DNA of 64,000 nt from Candidatus Thiovulum imperiosus (GTDB lineage: Bacteria; Campylobacterota; Campylobacteria; Campylobacterales; Thiovulaceae), in contig JAMJTW010000014.1 of the NCBI GenBank assembly GCA_024281175.1, forward strand, positions 131,675-195,674, read 5' to 3'. Below, piece after piece: positions 1-7,835 of the stretch (positions within the stretch are counted from its first letter, which is position 1; each line of letters opens with the position of its first letter). Both the position numbers and the translations under genes were made by a program. Below the pieces are notes generated by a model. That model worked only from the letters and a program-made list of their open reading frames with translations, ran no database searches and was not told the origin of the DNA.

Positions 1-546
1 TGAAATTCCATGTAACTTTCCAAGTTCCGTTGGAAGAAAATAGGTGTTTTGGAAATCGAGTTGGAAAAGACTTGAAACAGAATTCTCTTTTAGAAGTTTT
101 TGGAGAAGTAGCAAGTGGAAAGGTTTAGTTTCCTCGAAAAGTTCTACCAATTTTTTAGCTTCTTCGTTTTGAGAGAGGAGTTCTGAAAAGTTTGGGAGTT
201 GGGAAATTGGATTTTGGAGTTTTCTTCTCATTTCAAAAAATGCTTGGACTAAATCCACTTTAAACTTTATCACAATTGCATTGTTTCGCATAAAAGATAA
301 AAGTAGAGTCGCTTGAGGTTCATTGAGATAGTAAGTTTTCTGTTGGTTTGTCGCTCCTACCGAGTTAATTACACTCTCCGTTTCAAACGGAAGGTGTCCA
401 AATAGTTGAAATTTATCAAAATATTTTAAAATTAGCTCAACAACATTTTTCTGTTTAGTCTCTGTAAATTCAGCAATTAAACGGTGGGATATTCTAGGTT
501 CGTGTTCAACTATCTTTAGAAAAGATTTGTTAAAATTTGTATTCAA
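1..546 (-). CDS. Rha-family phage regulatory / antirepressor-like protein; C-terminus runs off the left window edge
   Basis: Minus-strand ORF missing from the ORF track because it has no stop inside the window. My translation from TTG at 546 (GGAGA 7 nt upstream) reads MNTNFNKSFLKIVEHEPRISHRLIAEFTETKQKNVVELILKYF...YYLNEPQATLLLSFMRNNAIVIKFKVDLVQAFFEMRRKL, which fits the Rha pattern. The tail ...YFLPTELGKLHGIS resembles the start of an ANT/KilAC-type domain. Confidence 0.55.
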   Translation of the reverse strand, partial: MNTNFNKSFLKIVEHEPRISHRLIAEFTETKQKNVVELILKYFDKFQLFGHLPFETESVINSVGATNQQKTYYLNEPQATLLLSFMRNNAIVIKFKVDLVQAFFEMRRKLQNPISQLPNFSELLSQNEEAKKLVELFEETKPFHLLLLQKLLKENSVSSLFQLDFQNTYFLPTELGKLHGIS

Positions 547-633
547 GAAATTTTCTCCAGTCAAGATTTCAAATAGAAACTGCAACTTTCTACTTGATTG
601 GAGATATTTTATCGTAAATTTTGTATAAAGTAT

Positions 634-900
634 CTAAATTTTATATCTTTTGATTGTATCGGTAAGTTGATAATGCTCCTTTTCCAATTTAACAAGTTCT
701 AAAATTCGATAACCCCATTTTGGAATTGCCCGTTTTCCGTTTCTCCAGCCAGATACTGTATTTGTTGATACTCCAATAAGTTCAGCCAATTCTCTTTGAT
801 TGATTTTTAAATCTTGACAAGCCTTTTCAACAACATTTATTTCCATAAATTTAAGACCTCCATCAATTTCTTGAAATTTTACAAAAACTGACCCTGTCAT
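634..900 (-). CDS. XRE-family helix-turn-helix transcriptional regulator (possible shorter start at 846, MEINVV...)
   Basis: HTH signature INQRELAELIGVSTNTVSGWRNGKRAIP. Paralog of the 5109-5348 product. Confidence 0.7.
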   Translation of the reverse strand: MTGSVFVKFQEIDGGLKFMEINVVEKACQDLKINQRELAELIGVSTNTVSGWRNGKRAIPKWGYRILELVKLEKEHYQLTDTIKRYKI

Positions 901-966
901 TGCCTAACTCCATTAGGCAATCTTGATATTCGGGTCAAGCCCGAGAGTTGCAAAAGTGGGAAGCCC

Positions 967-1038
967 GTCACTTCGAACCCTTTCGGGTGAGAAATCCTTT
1001 CCAAATTTTTAAGATTTCTCACATTCGTTCGAAATGAC
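967..1038. repeat. Palindromic intergenic repeat, type A (short copy)
   Basis: GTCACTTCGAACCCTTTCGGGTGAGAAATCC...AAGATTTCTCACATTCGTTCGAAATGAC. Same arms as the copies at 4140, 7626, 7733, 11068, 15463 and 45895. Confidence 0.85.
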
Positions 1039-1053
1039 AAATGCGACAAAAAA

Positions 1054-2664
1054 CTACTTCAATCCTAAAACTCTGTTCATGAATTGGAGAGGGGTTTCGT
1101 TTTCATAGCGGGGATACCAACCACTGTTATAAGAACTTTCCAGTTTTGAAAGCGAATTTATCGAACTTGGAAGTGTCGTTAGTTGGTTGTCCCACAAAGT
1201 CAAATCTTTCAAATTGGAGAGATTCCCAATGGAGTTTGGAAGTGTCGTTAGTTGGTTCCAACTCAAATCCAAAGTTTGCAAATTCTTGAGATTCCCAATG
1301 GAGTTTGGAAGTGTTGTTAGTTTGTTGTTAAACAAATATAAATTTTGCAAATTCGGAATCTGAGCCAAGATTTTAAAAACGGAATCAAAATCTAAATTTG
1401 GATTACTTCCTAAAGACAAAGATTGCAAATTGGTGAGATTTCCAATGGAGTTTGGAATTTCTTTTAGTTTGTTTCTAAACAAATCCAATTCTTGCAAATT
1501 GGTGAGATTTCCAATTGAGTTTGGAAGTGAAGTTAGTTCGTTACAACACAAATCCAATTCTTGCAAATTGGTGAGATTTCCAATTGAGTTTGGAATTTCT
1601 TTTAGTTTGTTTCCCCTAAAACTCAAAAATTGTAAATTTGTGAGATTCCCAATGGAGTTTGGAATTTCTTTTAGTTTGTTTCCATACAAATTCAACTTTT
1701 GCAAATTGGAGAGCTTCCCAATTGAGTTTGGAAGATAAGTAATTTCTTTGTTAAAACCATATATCGTTGTAACCGTTGTAACTTTCAAAAGTTCCTTTTT
1801 CCCTCTTGGAAGACCCAATTCAAATTCATCGCTCCATTTTTCTATTTCCAAATGCCATAAATCTAACTTCTCATCAACTTCTCCAAAATATCTATCTTTC
1901 CGAACCTCATCGACCCAAAGTTTTCCATCTTTTTCAGAAATATAGAAATCCATACTTTTTGTATTCTCTTCAAAGTTTCTAGCCTCTTTTCTCGGAACAG
2001 AAATTTGAAAAGAGATTCCAGTTCGGTTTTCAAAAACAGTGAAAATCTCTTTATCAGCATCATATTTCATTTCAAAATCCTGTTTTCCAAGCATAGAGTT
2101 TAGAACACCATTGTAAGTTTCAACTCTTCTTTTCTGAAAATCATCACTCGATTCATATTTTCCTTTTGAAATTGGGGGAATTCCACTTTTTGAAATTGCA
2201 TTTTGAAAACTGCTCTCTTTTGAAAGTTCTGGAAATTTGAAATCTTTTCCGTTCCAGATATAAGATTTCTCACTTATATTTAAGTTTTGAACCTCATCAT
2301 CAATTTTCTCTTTAACAATTGTAACTTTAGCTTTAAGAGTGTATATCCCATCTTTCCAAGAGTGGTCTAAAACTTCAAGTTTCATAAAGTGTTCAGATTT
2401 CGCGATGAGGTCTTTTTGGAGAGATTTGCTAACTTTTCCATTTTGAAACTTCACTCTCTCTTCGTAATAGCTTGATATAAAAGTTCCTGCCTCTTCAGAA
2501 ACAATTCGCTTTAGCTTCCGTTCCGCCTCTTTTCGAGCTTTGCTTTCGCTCTCCTTTTCACCAGCCCGATATGTAACCTCTTTGATATAGACTCCAGATT
2601 TTTCTGGCTTTGGCTTCACATCTCCACACCCTACAAAAAGTAGTAAAACTAAAAGATACCTCAT
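1054..2664 (-). CDS. Lipoprotein with a C-terminal leucine-rich-repeat (LRR) domain
   Basis: Lipobox LLFVGC at the N-terminus. About nine 23-aa repeats of the form LPNSIGNLTNLQELDLxxNKLKEIPNSIGNL. The middle region (FQISVPRKEARNFEENTKSMDFYISEKDGKLWV) is homologous to the 4600-5061 product. Confidence 0.8.
   Translation of the reverse strand: MRYLLVLLLFVGCGDVKPKPEKSGVYIKEVTYRAGEKESESKARKEAERKLKRIVSEEAGTFISSYYEERVKFQNGKVSKSLQKDLIAKSEHFMKLEVLDHSWKDGIYTLKAKVTIVKEKIDDEVQNLNISEKSYIWNGKDFKFPELSKESSFQNAISKSGIPPISKGKYESSDDFQKRRVETYNGVLNSMLGKQDFEMKYDADKEIFTVFENRTGISFQISVPRKEARNFEENTKSMDFYISEKDGKLWVDEVRKDRYFGEVDEKLDLWHLEIEKWSDEFELGLPRGKKELLKVTTVTTIYGFNKEITYLPNSIGKLSNLQKLNLYGNKLKEIPNSIGNLTNLQFLSFRGNKLKEIPNSIGNLTNLQELDLCCNELTSLPNSIGNLTNLQELDLFRNKLKEIPNSIGNLTNLQSLSLGSNPNLDFDSVFKILAQIPNLQNLYLFNNKLTTLPNSIGNLKNLQTLDLSWNQLTTLPNSIGNLSNLKDLTLWDNQLTTLPSSINSLSKLESSYNSGWYPRYENETPLQFMNRVLGLK
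1120..1765. repeat. Tandem 69-bp coding repeats (LRR units) inside the lipoprotein gene
   Basis: Near-identical strings such as caaattggtgagatttccaattgagtttggaa recur at about 1432, 1495 and 1564, with related units on both sides. Confidence 0.8.
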
Positions 2665-2722
2665 GAGTTCTCCTTTTTTTAAAATTTTACAATTAGATAG
2701 AATTCAAACAAAAAGAGATTGA

Positions 2723-4045
2723 ATGGTAGAACGATATAGTCGAAAAGAGATGGCTGATAAATGGACTCAAGAGGCTAGATATAAGGCTTGGCTAGAAGTT
2801 GAAAAAGCTGGAGTTAAGGCTTGGAGTAAATTGGGTTTAGTTCCAGCAGAAGATATGGAAAAGATAGTTGCAAATGCCTCTTTCAGTGTTGATAGAATTG
2901 ATGAAATTGAGAGAGAGACAAAGCACGATGTTATCGCTTTTCTAACTTCTGTTTCAGAGTCTCTTGGAGAAGAGAGTCGTTGGGTTCATTACGGTATGAC
3001 AAGTAGCGATGCTATCGATACTGGTGTAGCTTTACAGATGAGGGACTCTCTAAATATTGTAATTGAAGATATGAAGATGGTTCTTGAAACTCTAAAACAT
3101 AGAGCTGAAGAGGATAAGATGACTCTGATGGTTGGACGAAGCCACGGAATTCATGGAGAACCTATCACTTTTGGGCTTGTTGTTGCAATTTGGTATGACG
3201 AAATGAAGCGACATCTTAAAAATTTAGAAGAGTCCTTAGAAGTGATTTCGGTTGGAAAAATTTCTGGAGCGATGGGAAATTTTGCTCATGCACCAATAGA
3301 GTTAGAAGAGCTTGTTTGTGAAGAACTCGGCTTAAAACCTGCTCCAGCAAGTAATCAAGTTATTCAAAGAGACCGATACGCCAGAGTTATTTCAGCAATT
3401 GGACTTATGGCTTCAACTGTGGAAAAGATAGCTGTTGCAATTCGACACTACCAAAGAACAGAGGTTTATGAAGTTGAAGAGTATTTTGCAAAAGGGCAGA
3501 AAGGTAGTTCCGCAATGCCTCACAAAAGAAATCCAATTTTGAGTGAAAATCTTACAGGTCTTGCAAGAACAGTTCGAGCTTTTGTAACACCAGCAATGGA
3601 GAATGTGGCTCTTTGGCATGAAAGAGATATTTCTCACTCTTCGGTAGAGAGATTTATGCTTCCTGATGTTTTTATCACTACCGATTTTATGCTTCACCGA
3701 CTCAATGGAATGCTTGACAAAATGGTTGTCTATCCTGAAAATATGATGAAGAACTTAAATCAAACTGGCGGTCTTGTATTTTCTCAAAGAGTTCTGCTAG
3801 AACTTCCTCTATTAGGACTTTCTCGAGAAGAGAGCTATAAAATTGTTCAAAGAAATGCGATGAAAGTGTGGGAAGATTTACAAAATGGTAAAGCTGGTTT
3901 TGAAAATGGAGAGTCTCTCTATCTTCGATACCTCTTACAAGACTCAGAACTACTAGAGAAACTTTCAGAAGAGAAAATCCGAAACCTTTTCGACTTTGGA
4001 TACTACACGAAAAATGTAGATGCTATCTTCAAAAGAGTTTTTTAA
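2723..4045 (+). CDS. purB: Adenylosuccinate lyase
   Basis: 440 aa. Fumarate-lyase signature GSSAMPHKRNP. N-terminus MVERYSRKEM...W is typical of PurB. Confidence 0.95.
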   Translation: MVERYSRKEMADKWTQEARYKAWLEVEKAGVKAWSKLGLVPAEDMEKIVANASFSVDRIDEIERETKHDVIAFLTSVSESLGEESRWVHYGMTSSDAIDTGVALQMRDSLNIVIEDMKMVLETLKHRAEEDKMTLMVGRSHGIHGEPITFGLVVAIWYDEMKRHLKNLEESLEVISVGKISGAMGNFAHAPIELEELVCEELGLKPAPASNQVIQRDRYARVISAIGLMASTVEKIAVAIRHYQRTEVYEVEEYFAKGQKGSSAMPHKRNPILSENLTGLARTVRAFVTPAMENVALWHERDISHSSVERFMLPDVFITTDFMLHRLNGMLDKMVVYPENMMKNLNQTGGLVFSQRVLLELPLLGLSREESYKIVQRNAMKVWEDLQNGKAGFENGESLYLRYLLQDSELLEKLSEEKIRNLFDFGYYTKNVDAIFKRVF

Positions 4046-4139
4046 ACTGTTTCTGTCACCTCGACTGAGAAGTTTGGTTTCCAGAATGGAGAAATCTTTC
4101 TGGAAATTTAGAATTGCAAAATAGGCTTTTACCTCTCTT

Positions 4140-4231
4140 GTCATTTCGAACCCTTTAGGGTGAGAAATCCTTGTATTGAAGTAAAATATCTTTTTAAGAT
4201 TTCTCAATCGCTACGCTCATATCGAAATGAC
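4140..4231. repeat. Palindromic intergenic repeat, type A
   Basis: GTCATTTCGAACCCTTTAGGGTGAGAAATCC...AAGATTTCTCAATCGCTACGCTCATATCGAAATGAC, preceded by the AAATAGGCTTTTACCTCTCTT flank module. Confidence 0.9.
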
Positions 4232-4242
4232 AAAAAAAGAAA

Positions 4243-5061
4243 CTAGCGGTTTCGGACGCAGAGAGTGTAGTATTTCTCACTGTTACTTGAATTGCCACTT
4301 CCTCCGCTAGAACCAATAAGATACGAAGATGTACTAGACCAATATATATTTTGCAAATTTCCAAGTCTATTTCTATTTTGAAAAGCGATTTTCAACTCTT
4401 CACGGTTTGGAAGTCTCCAACTTGTAAATCCATATAGATTTAAATTTTGACAATATCTATTTGCATCTTCCCAAGTCATCGGATTTGGCAGGTGTCTTTG
4501 AAACATCAAATTTCCAGTGTAAAAAGTGTAAAAAGGAATTTCAAATTTTGAAGAGTATTTTTCTGCACTTGCTCCAACTATCCAAAGTTCTCCATTTCTC
4601 TATTCAAATTTCATATCAAATTTTTTGACACTACTTTTAAAATTTTCAGCTTTAGCAATAGGAACAGAAATCTGAAAAGGAATACTGCTGACCGTAACAT
4701 CAAAAACCTCATCATCAGGGCGATACCTCATCGAAACACTTTGTCTTCCAAGCCAAGAGTTTAAAATCTCACCTTTCTCATTTTCGATTGCTTTCTGATT
4801 TCTAGCTTGACACTCCTCTTTCTCTTTTCTAAAAGTCTCTTCTCTCTTTTGATATGCTTCACTCTTTTCAAACTCTCCTTGAGAAGAGATACTACTTGGA
4901 CAACTCTCTTGAGAAATCTTCGGTCTCACTTTCTGAACCGCTTCACTAAAACTCGTTGCATTCGCTACTTCTGGATACTTTGGAGAATTCCCCGTCCAAA
5001 CTAAACCTTTTCTCGAACAACCTGCAAAAAGCAGAAAAACTAAAATTGCAAAATATCTCAC
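4243..5061 (-). pseudogene. Lipoprotein with C-terminal DUF1566 domain, split by an in-frame TAG at 4600-4602
   Basis: ORFs 4600-5061 (lipobox LLFAGC) and 4243-4509 (DUF1566 motif WRLPNREEL ... YYTLCVR) are in the same frame. Codons 4510-4599 read through as RNGELWIVGASAEKYSSKFEIPFYTFYTGN. The region around the stop aligns with the intact paralog 1054-2664 (FDMKFE*RNGELWI vs MDFYISEKDGKLWV). Confidence 0.6.
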
Positions 5062-5108
5062 GATACTCCTTTTTTATAATTCTAATAAAATTTCAAAAAA
5101 GGAAAATT

Positions 5109-5348
5109 ATGGAAGAAGAAAATTTAGTAAAAAAGACTTGTCGAGAATTAGGAATTACTCAAAAAGAGTTGGCTGAACGAATTGGAATTCCACAAGGAAC
5201 TGTAAATCGATGGTCTTCAACTGAAAAAATACCTAAAATGACAATTTTAGCTTTAAACCTACTTATTGAAAATCAAGAATTAAAAAATGGTATGGATTAT
5301 ATTTACAAAGGTTTTTCTATCTTCTCAAAACATCAACCTACCGTTTAA
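5109..5348 (+). CDS. XRE-family helix-turn-helix regulator
   Basis: MEEENLVKKTCRELGITQKELAERIGIPQGTVNRWSSTEKIP. Start chosen at ATG 5109, inside the longer track ORF 4956-5348. Confidence 0.7.
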   Translation: MEEENLVKKTCRELGITQKELAERIGIPQGTVNRWSSTEKIPKMTILALNLLIENQELKNGMDYIYKGFSIFSKHQPTV

Positions 5349-5417
5349 ATTTTCAACGGCAGGTATCTCTTCTAAAAACTTCATTTTTAAGATAAAATAT
5401 AGAAATTTAATTCATTT

Positions 5418-5906
5418 ATGAAAAGAGTTTTAATGAAACTTATTCCATTTAAAATAGAAAAAGCGATAATTGAAATAGAAGTGATTGAAAATAGAAATTT
5501 TGAATTTCTTCTAACAACTAAAGAAGTAGCAAAAGGCTATGGAGTCTCTATTGAAAATATTCGTTCTCAATAGAGTAATCATAAAGACGAACTTATCGAG
5601 GGAAAACACTTTATATCAAATTACGAATTTTTTGACGGAAAACAGAAGCGAAAGACAACGGTTTGGACAAAACGGGGAGTAATTCGGCTTGGGTTTTTTA
5701 TAAAATCTGAAAGAGCAAAAAAGTTTCGAGATTGGGCAGAAGATTTGATACTTTCGGAAGTTGAAGCAGTTTCAAGTTTGCAAAAACTTCGAGAGAGAGC
5801 GGAGCTTTTGGAAATCTCAAGACAGGAATACAAAATTTTTGAAGATGTCTTCGACTCGGAGTTACTAGACCTGAAGAACTTGCTATTACAACAAATAGAG
5901 CAGTGA
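5418..5906 (+). pseudogene. Prophage antirepressor-like protein (Bro-N/ORF6N-type N-terminal domain), interrupted by an in-frame TAG at 5571-5573
   Basis: My translation: MKRVLMKLIPFKIEKAIIEIEVIENRNFEFLLTTKEVAKGYGVSIENIRSQ*SNHKDELIEGKHFISNYEFFDGKQKRKTTVWTKRGVIRLGFFIKSERAKKFRDWAEDLI... The part after the TAG has no start codon of its own until about 5745. Confidence 0.5.
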
Positions 5907-6250
5907 AAAAAGAGACTGGAGTCTACTTTCTAAAAATTTCAGAAAAGAAAGGAGTTTCTACATTTGACAATTTCATCACTGTAACGGAACTTTGTGAAAT
6001 TGTCCGAAAGGGAAGCTATTCCGATGAGGTGAAAGCCTCTGTTTCCACAAAAAACGACAAACCAAATCCTCGAAAACTAAACCTTATTTTAGAAGAGAAA
6101 GGTTTTCAAACCCGAAATGAGAAAGCTTGGGAAGCTACGGAAAAAGGGAAAAAGTTTTCAGATTTCATTCAAAACAAATCCAAAACTTCTGAAAAAACTA
6201 TTTATCACCTAACTTGGAAAAAGGAGGTTTTGGAAGAACTCTTTTTGTAA
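5903..6250 (+). CDS. Hypothetical protein, possibly the KilAC/ANT-like C-terminal part of the upstream antirepressor-like gene
   Basis: The GTG start overlaps the upstream TGA (GTGA). ITVTELCEIVRKG...PRKLNLILEEKGFQTRNEKAWEATEKGKKF resembles the gene-name/LN..L/W.LT.KG pattern of antirepressor C-terminal domains. Confidence 0.4.
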   Translation: MKKETGVYFLKISEKKGVSTFDNFITVTELCEIVRKGSYSDEVKASVSTKNDKPNPRKLNLILEEKGFQTRNEKAWEATEKGKKFSDFIQNKSKTSEKTIYHLTWKKEVLEELFL

Positions 6251-6271
6251 AATTTCAAAAAAGGAAAACTA

Positions 6272-7594
6272 ATGAGATATTTTCAATTAAAGCAGATAGT
6301 TTCTTATATTCAAGATTTTTCCTATATAAAATATATTTTCAGAGTAGATTTTAAAACAGTTAGAGTTGAGTTTGAAAAGGGTGAGGCTCTATACTTCAAT
6401 TTAAAAAGAGGTGGTAGTTTTATCTACAAAAGAGATAGGGAAGTTAGAGGAGAAAAGATAATTTCCCCTTTTGATACTCTACTTTCACAAAGATTTCAGA
6501 AATCAAAAATTTTAAAAGTGGAACTTCTAAACTCTGACAAAATTTTGAGATTTAAAGTTGAAGTTGCAAATCGATATAGAAAAGTTGTATCTTTTCTCCA
6601 GCTTGAATTTACAGGAAAACATACAAATGGAATTATTTTAGATAGTGAAAATAGAGTTTTAGAAGCATTGCACCATATTAGCGAATTTCAATCAGTCCGA
6701 CCTGTTAAAGTTGGAAAGGTTTTAGAACTACCTCCAAAACCGAAATTTCAATTCAAAGAGGGCGAAAAAATAGAGGATTTAGACTCTTTTCTAAAAGAGA
6801 ATTATGAGAAATCTCTTTCAGAGAAAATAGAGAAGAGAAGAGATAGAGAAAAGAGAAAAGTTGTAGAGAAGATTTCAAAATTGAGAAGAAGTTTTGAAGC
6901 TGTTCAGAGTTCAGAAAAGTTTTTTGAGGAGTCTCAAAAGTATAAAGAGTTGGGAGATATTGTTTTAGCAAATCTTTATCAAATTCCAAAATATGGAGAA
7001 AAGATAGAGCTTTGGAACTTTTTAGGAGAGAGAGTAGAATTCAATAGACCAAAAGAGGCGAGAGAAAATAGTCAAATTGCAGAGATATTTTTTACTCTTT
7101 CAAAGAAGTTTCGAAATCGTGCTGAAAACTCAAAAATAGAGAGAGAGAACTTGGAAAGTAGAATTCTCTTTTTGGAGAAATTTCTTCGGAATTTAGAGAG
7201 TAGTAAAAATTTAGATGAGATAGAACTTCTTACAAATCGAGGTAAAGAGAGAAAGAGAGAGAAAAGCGAACTTTATGAGGTTTTCTGGATTGAGGGGTAT
7301 AAAGTTCTTTTAGGAAAAAGTGAAAAAGGTAATGAAGCTCTACTTAAAGATGCAAAGAGTGGTGATATTTGGCTTCATCTCAAAGATATTCCATCTGCTC
7401 ACACTCTAATTGTTACAGATAGACAAAATGTACCTGATGAGGTTATTAGAGAAGCTGGAAAACTCTGCCTAAAATTCTCTGTAAAAGAGAGTGGTGAATA
7501 TCTCGTGGATTATACAAAACGGCGAAATGTTCGAGTTCAAAGTAGAGCCAATGTTCTATACACAGATTACAAAACATTGGCGATAGAAGTTTAG
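6272..7594 (+). CDS. NFACT-family (fibronectin-binding protein A / RqcH-like) protein with a C-terminal DUF814-type domain
   Basis: 440 aa. C-terminal WLHLKDIPSAHTLIV...VPDEVIREAGKLCLKFS...VDYTKRRNVRV. Size matches the short epsilonproteobacterial form. Confidence 0.75.
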   Translation: MRYFQLKQIVSYIQDFSYIKYIFRVDFKTVRVEFEKGEALYFNLKRGGSFIYKRDREVRGEKIISPFDTLLSQRFQKSKILKVELLNSDKILRFKVEVANRYRKVVSFLQLEFTGKHTNGIILDSENRVLEALHHISEFQSVRPVKVGKVLELPPKPKFQFKEGEKIEDLDSFLKENYEKSLSEKIEKRRDREKRKVVEKISKLRRSFEAVQSSEKFFEESQKYKELGDIVLANLYQIPKYGEKIELWNFLGERVEFNRPKEARENSQIAEIFFTLSKKFRNRAENSKIERENLESRILFLEKFLRNLESSKNLDEIELLTNRGKERKREKSELYEVFWIEGYKVLLGKSEKGNEALLKDAKSGDIWLHLKDIPSAHTLIVTDRQNVPDEVIREAGKLCLKFSVKESGEYLVDYTKRRNVRVQSRANVLYTDYKTLAIEV

Positions 7595-7595
7595 G

Positions 7596-7825
7596 AGAGT
7601 GACCAAATAGGCTTCTGCCACTCTTGTCATTTTGAAATGAACGGATTGAGAAATCTTTGAAACTTATCGTTTTACTAAATAAAAGATTTCTCACCCGAAA
7701 GGGTTCGAAATGACGATTTTATCCTCATTTTTGTCATTTCGAAATGAACGAAGTGATTGAGAAATCTTTGAAACTTATCGCTTTACTAAATAAAAGATTT
7801 CTCACCTAAAAGGGTTCGAAATGAC
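7596..7825. repeat. Two tandem type A palindromic repeats (7626-7714, 7733-7825) with the GGAGAGTGAC-AAATAGGCTTCT flank module (7596-7625)
   Basis: GTCATTTTGAAATGAACGGATTGAGAAATCTTTGAAACTTATCGTTTTACTAAATAAAAGATTTCTCACCCGAAAGGGTTCGAAATGAC, repeated almost identically 107 bp later. Confidence 0.9.
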
Positions 7826-7835
7826 ATATAAGAGA

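Noticed and set aside
634-636. A third in-frame TAG, between the HTH gene (634-900) and the Rha-like ORF, as a possible fusion or readthrough
   Set aside because: The downstream ORF has its own TTG start with a GGAGA ribosome-binding site at 546, and the about 29 intervening codons show no homology signal. The shared frame is probably coincidence between two adjacent genes.
1430-1738. A 102-aa plus-strand ORF inside the LRR repeats (and 1748-1945, 1863-2063)
   Set aside because: It is the antisense or off-frame reading of the tandem LRR units and gives a repetitive nonsense peptide. The minus-strand lipoprotein reading is coherent end to end.
3965-4207. Track ORFs that run through repeat elements (3965-4207, 7446-7694, 15438-15629, 24972-25184, 39872-40228)
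   Set aside because: They consist largely of translated repeat sequence (for example ...HPKGFEMT..., ...SFRNDK...). They lack ribosome-binding sites and overlap real gene ends or terminators.
4600-5573. Reassignment of TAG to a sense codon, as an explanation for the two in-frame TAGs (4600-4602, 5571-5573)
   Set aside because: Conserved housekeeping genes in the same window terminate at TAG at the expected protein ends (porC 40836-40838, porA 42482-42484, porB 43451-43453, M23 peptidase 37013-37015). TAG is therefore a normal stop here, and local nonsense mutations are the simpler reading.
1-6250. Calling the whole 1-6250 region an intact prophage or integrative element
   Set aside because: No integrase, structural, packaging or lysis genes are visible, there are no att-like direct repeats, and purB sits in the middle. 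Only regulatory-type phage-like genes are present, and some of them are broken.
7700-7714. GGTTCGAAATGAC ends of the repeats as tRNA T-arm fragments or tRNA genes
   Set aside because: Only the GGTTCGAA heptamer resembles a T-loop. There is no acceptor stem, D-arm or anticodon arm in any copy, and I found no tRNA elsewhere in the window.
7596-7825. The dispersed repeats as a CRISPR array
   Set aside because: Copies are 70-130 bp and internally palindromic. They are scattered singly across 45 kb in both orientations, with no regular repeat-spacer periodicity and no cas genes.
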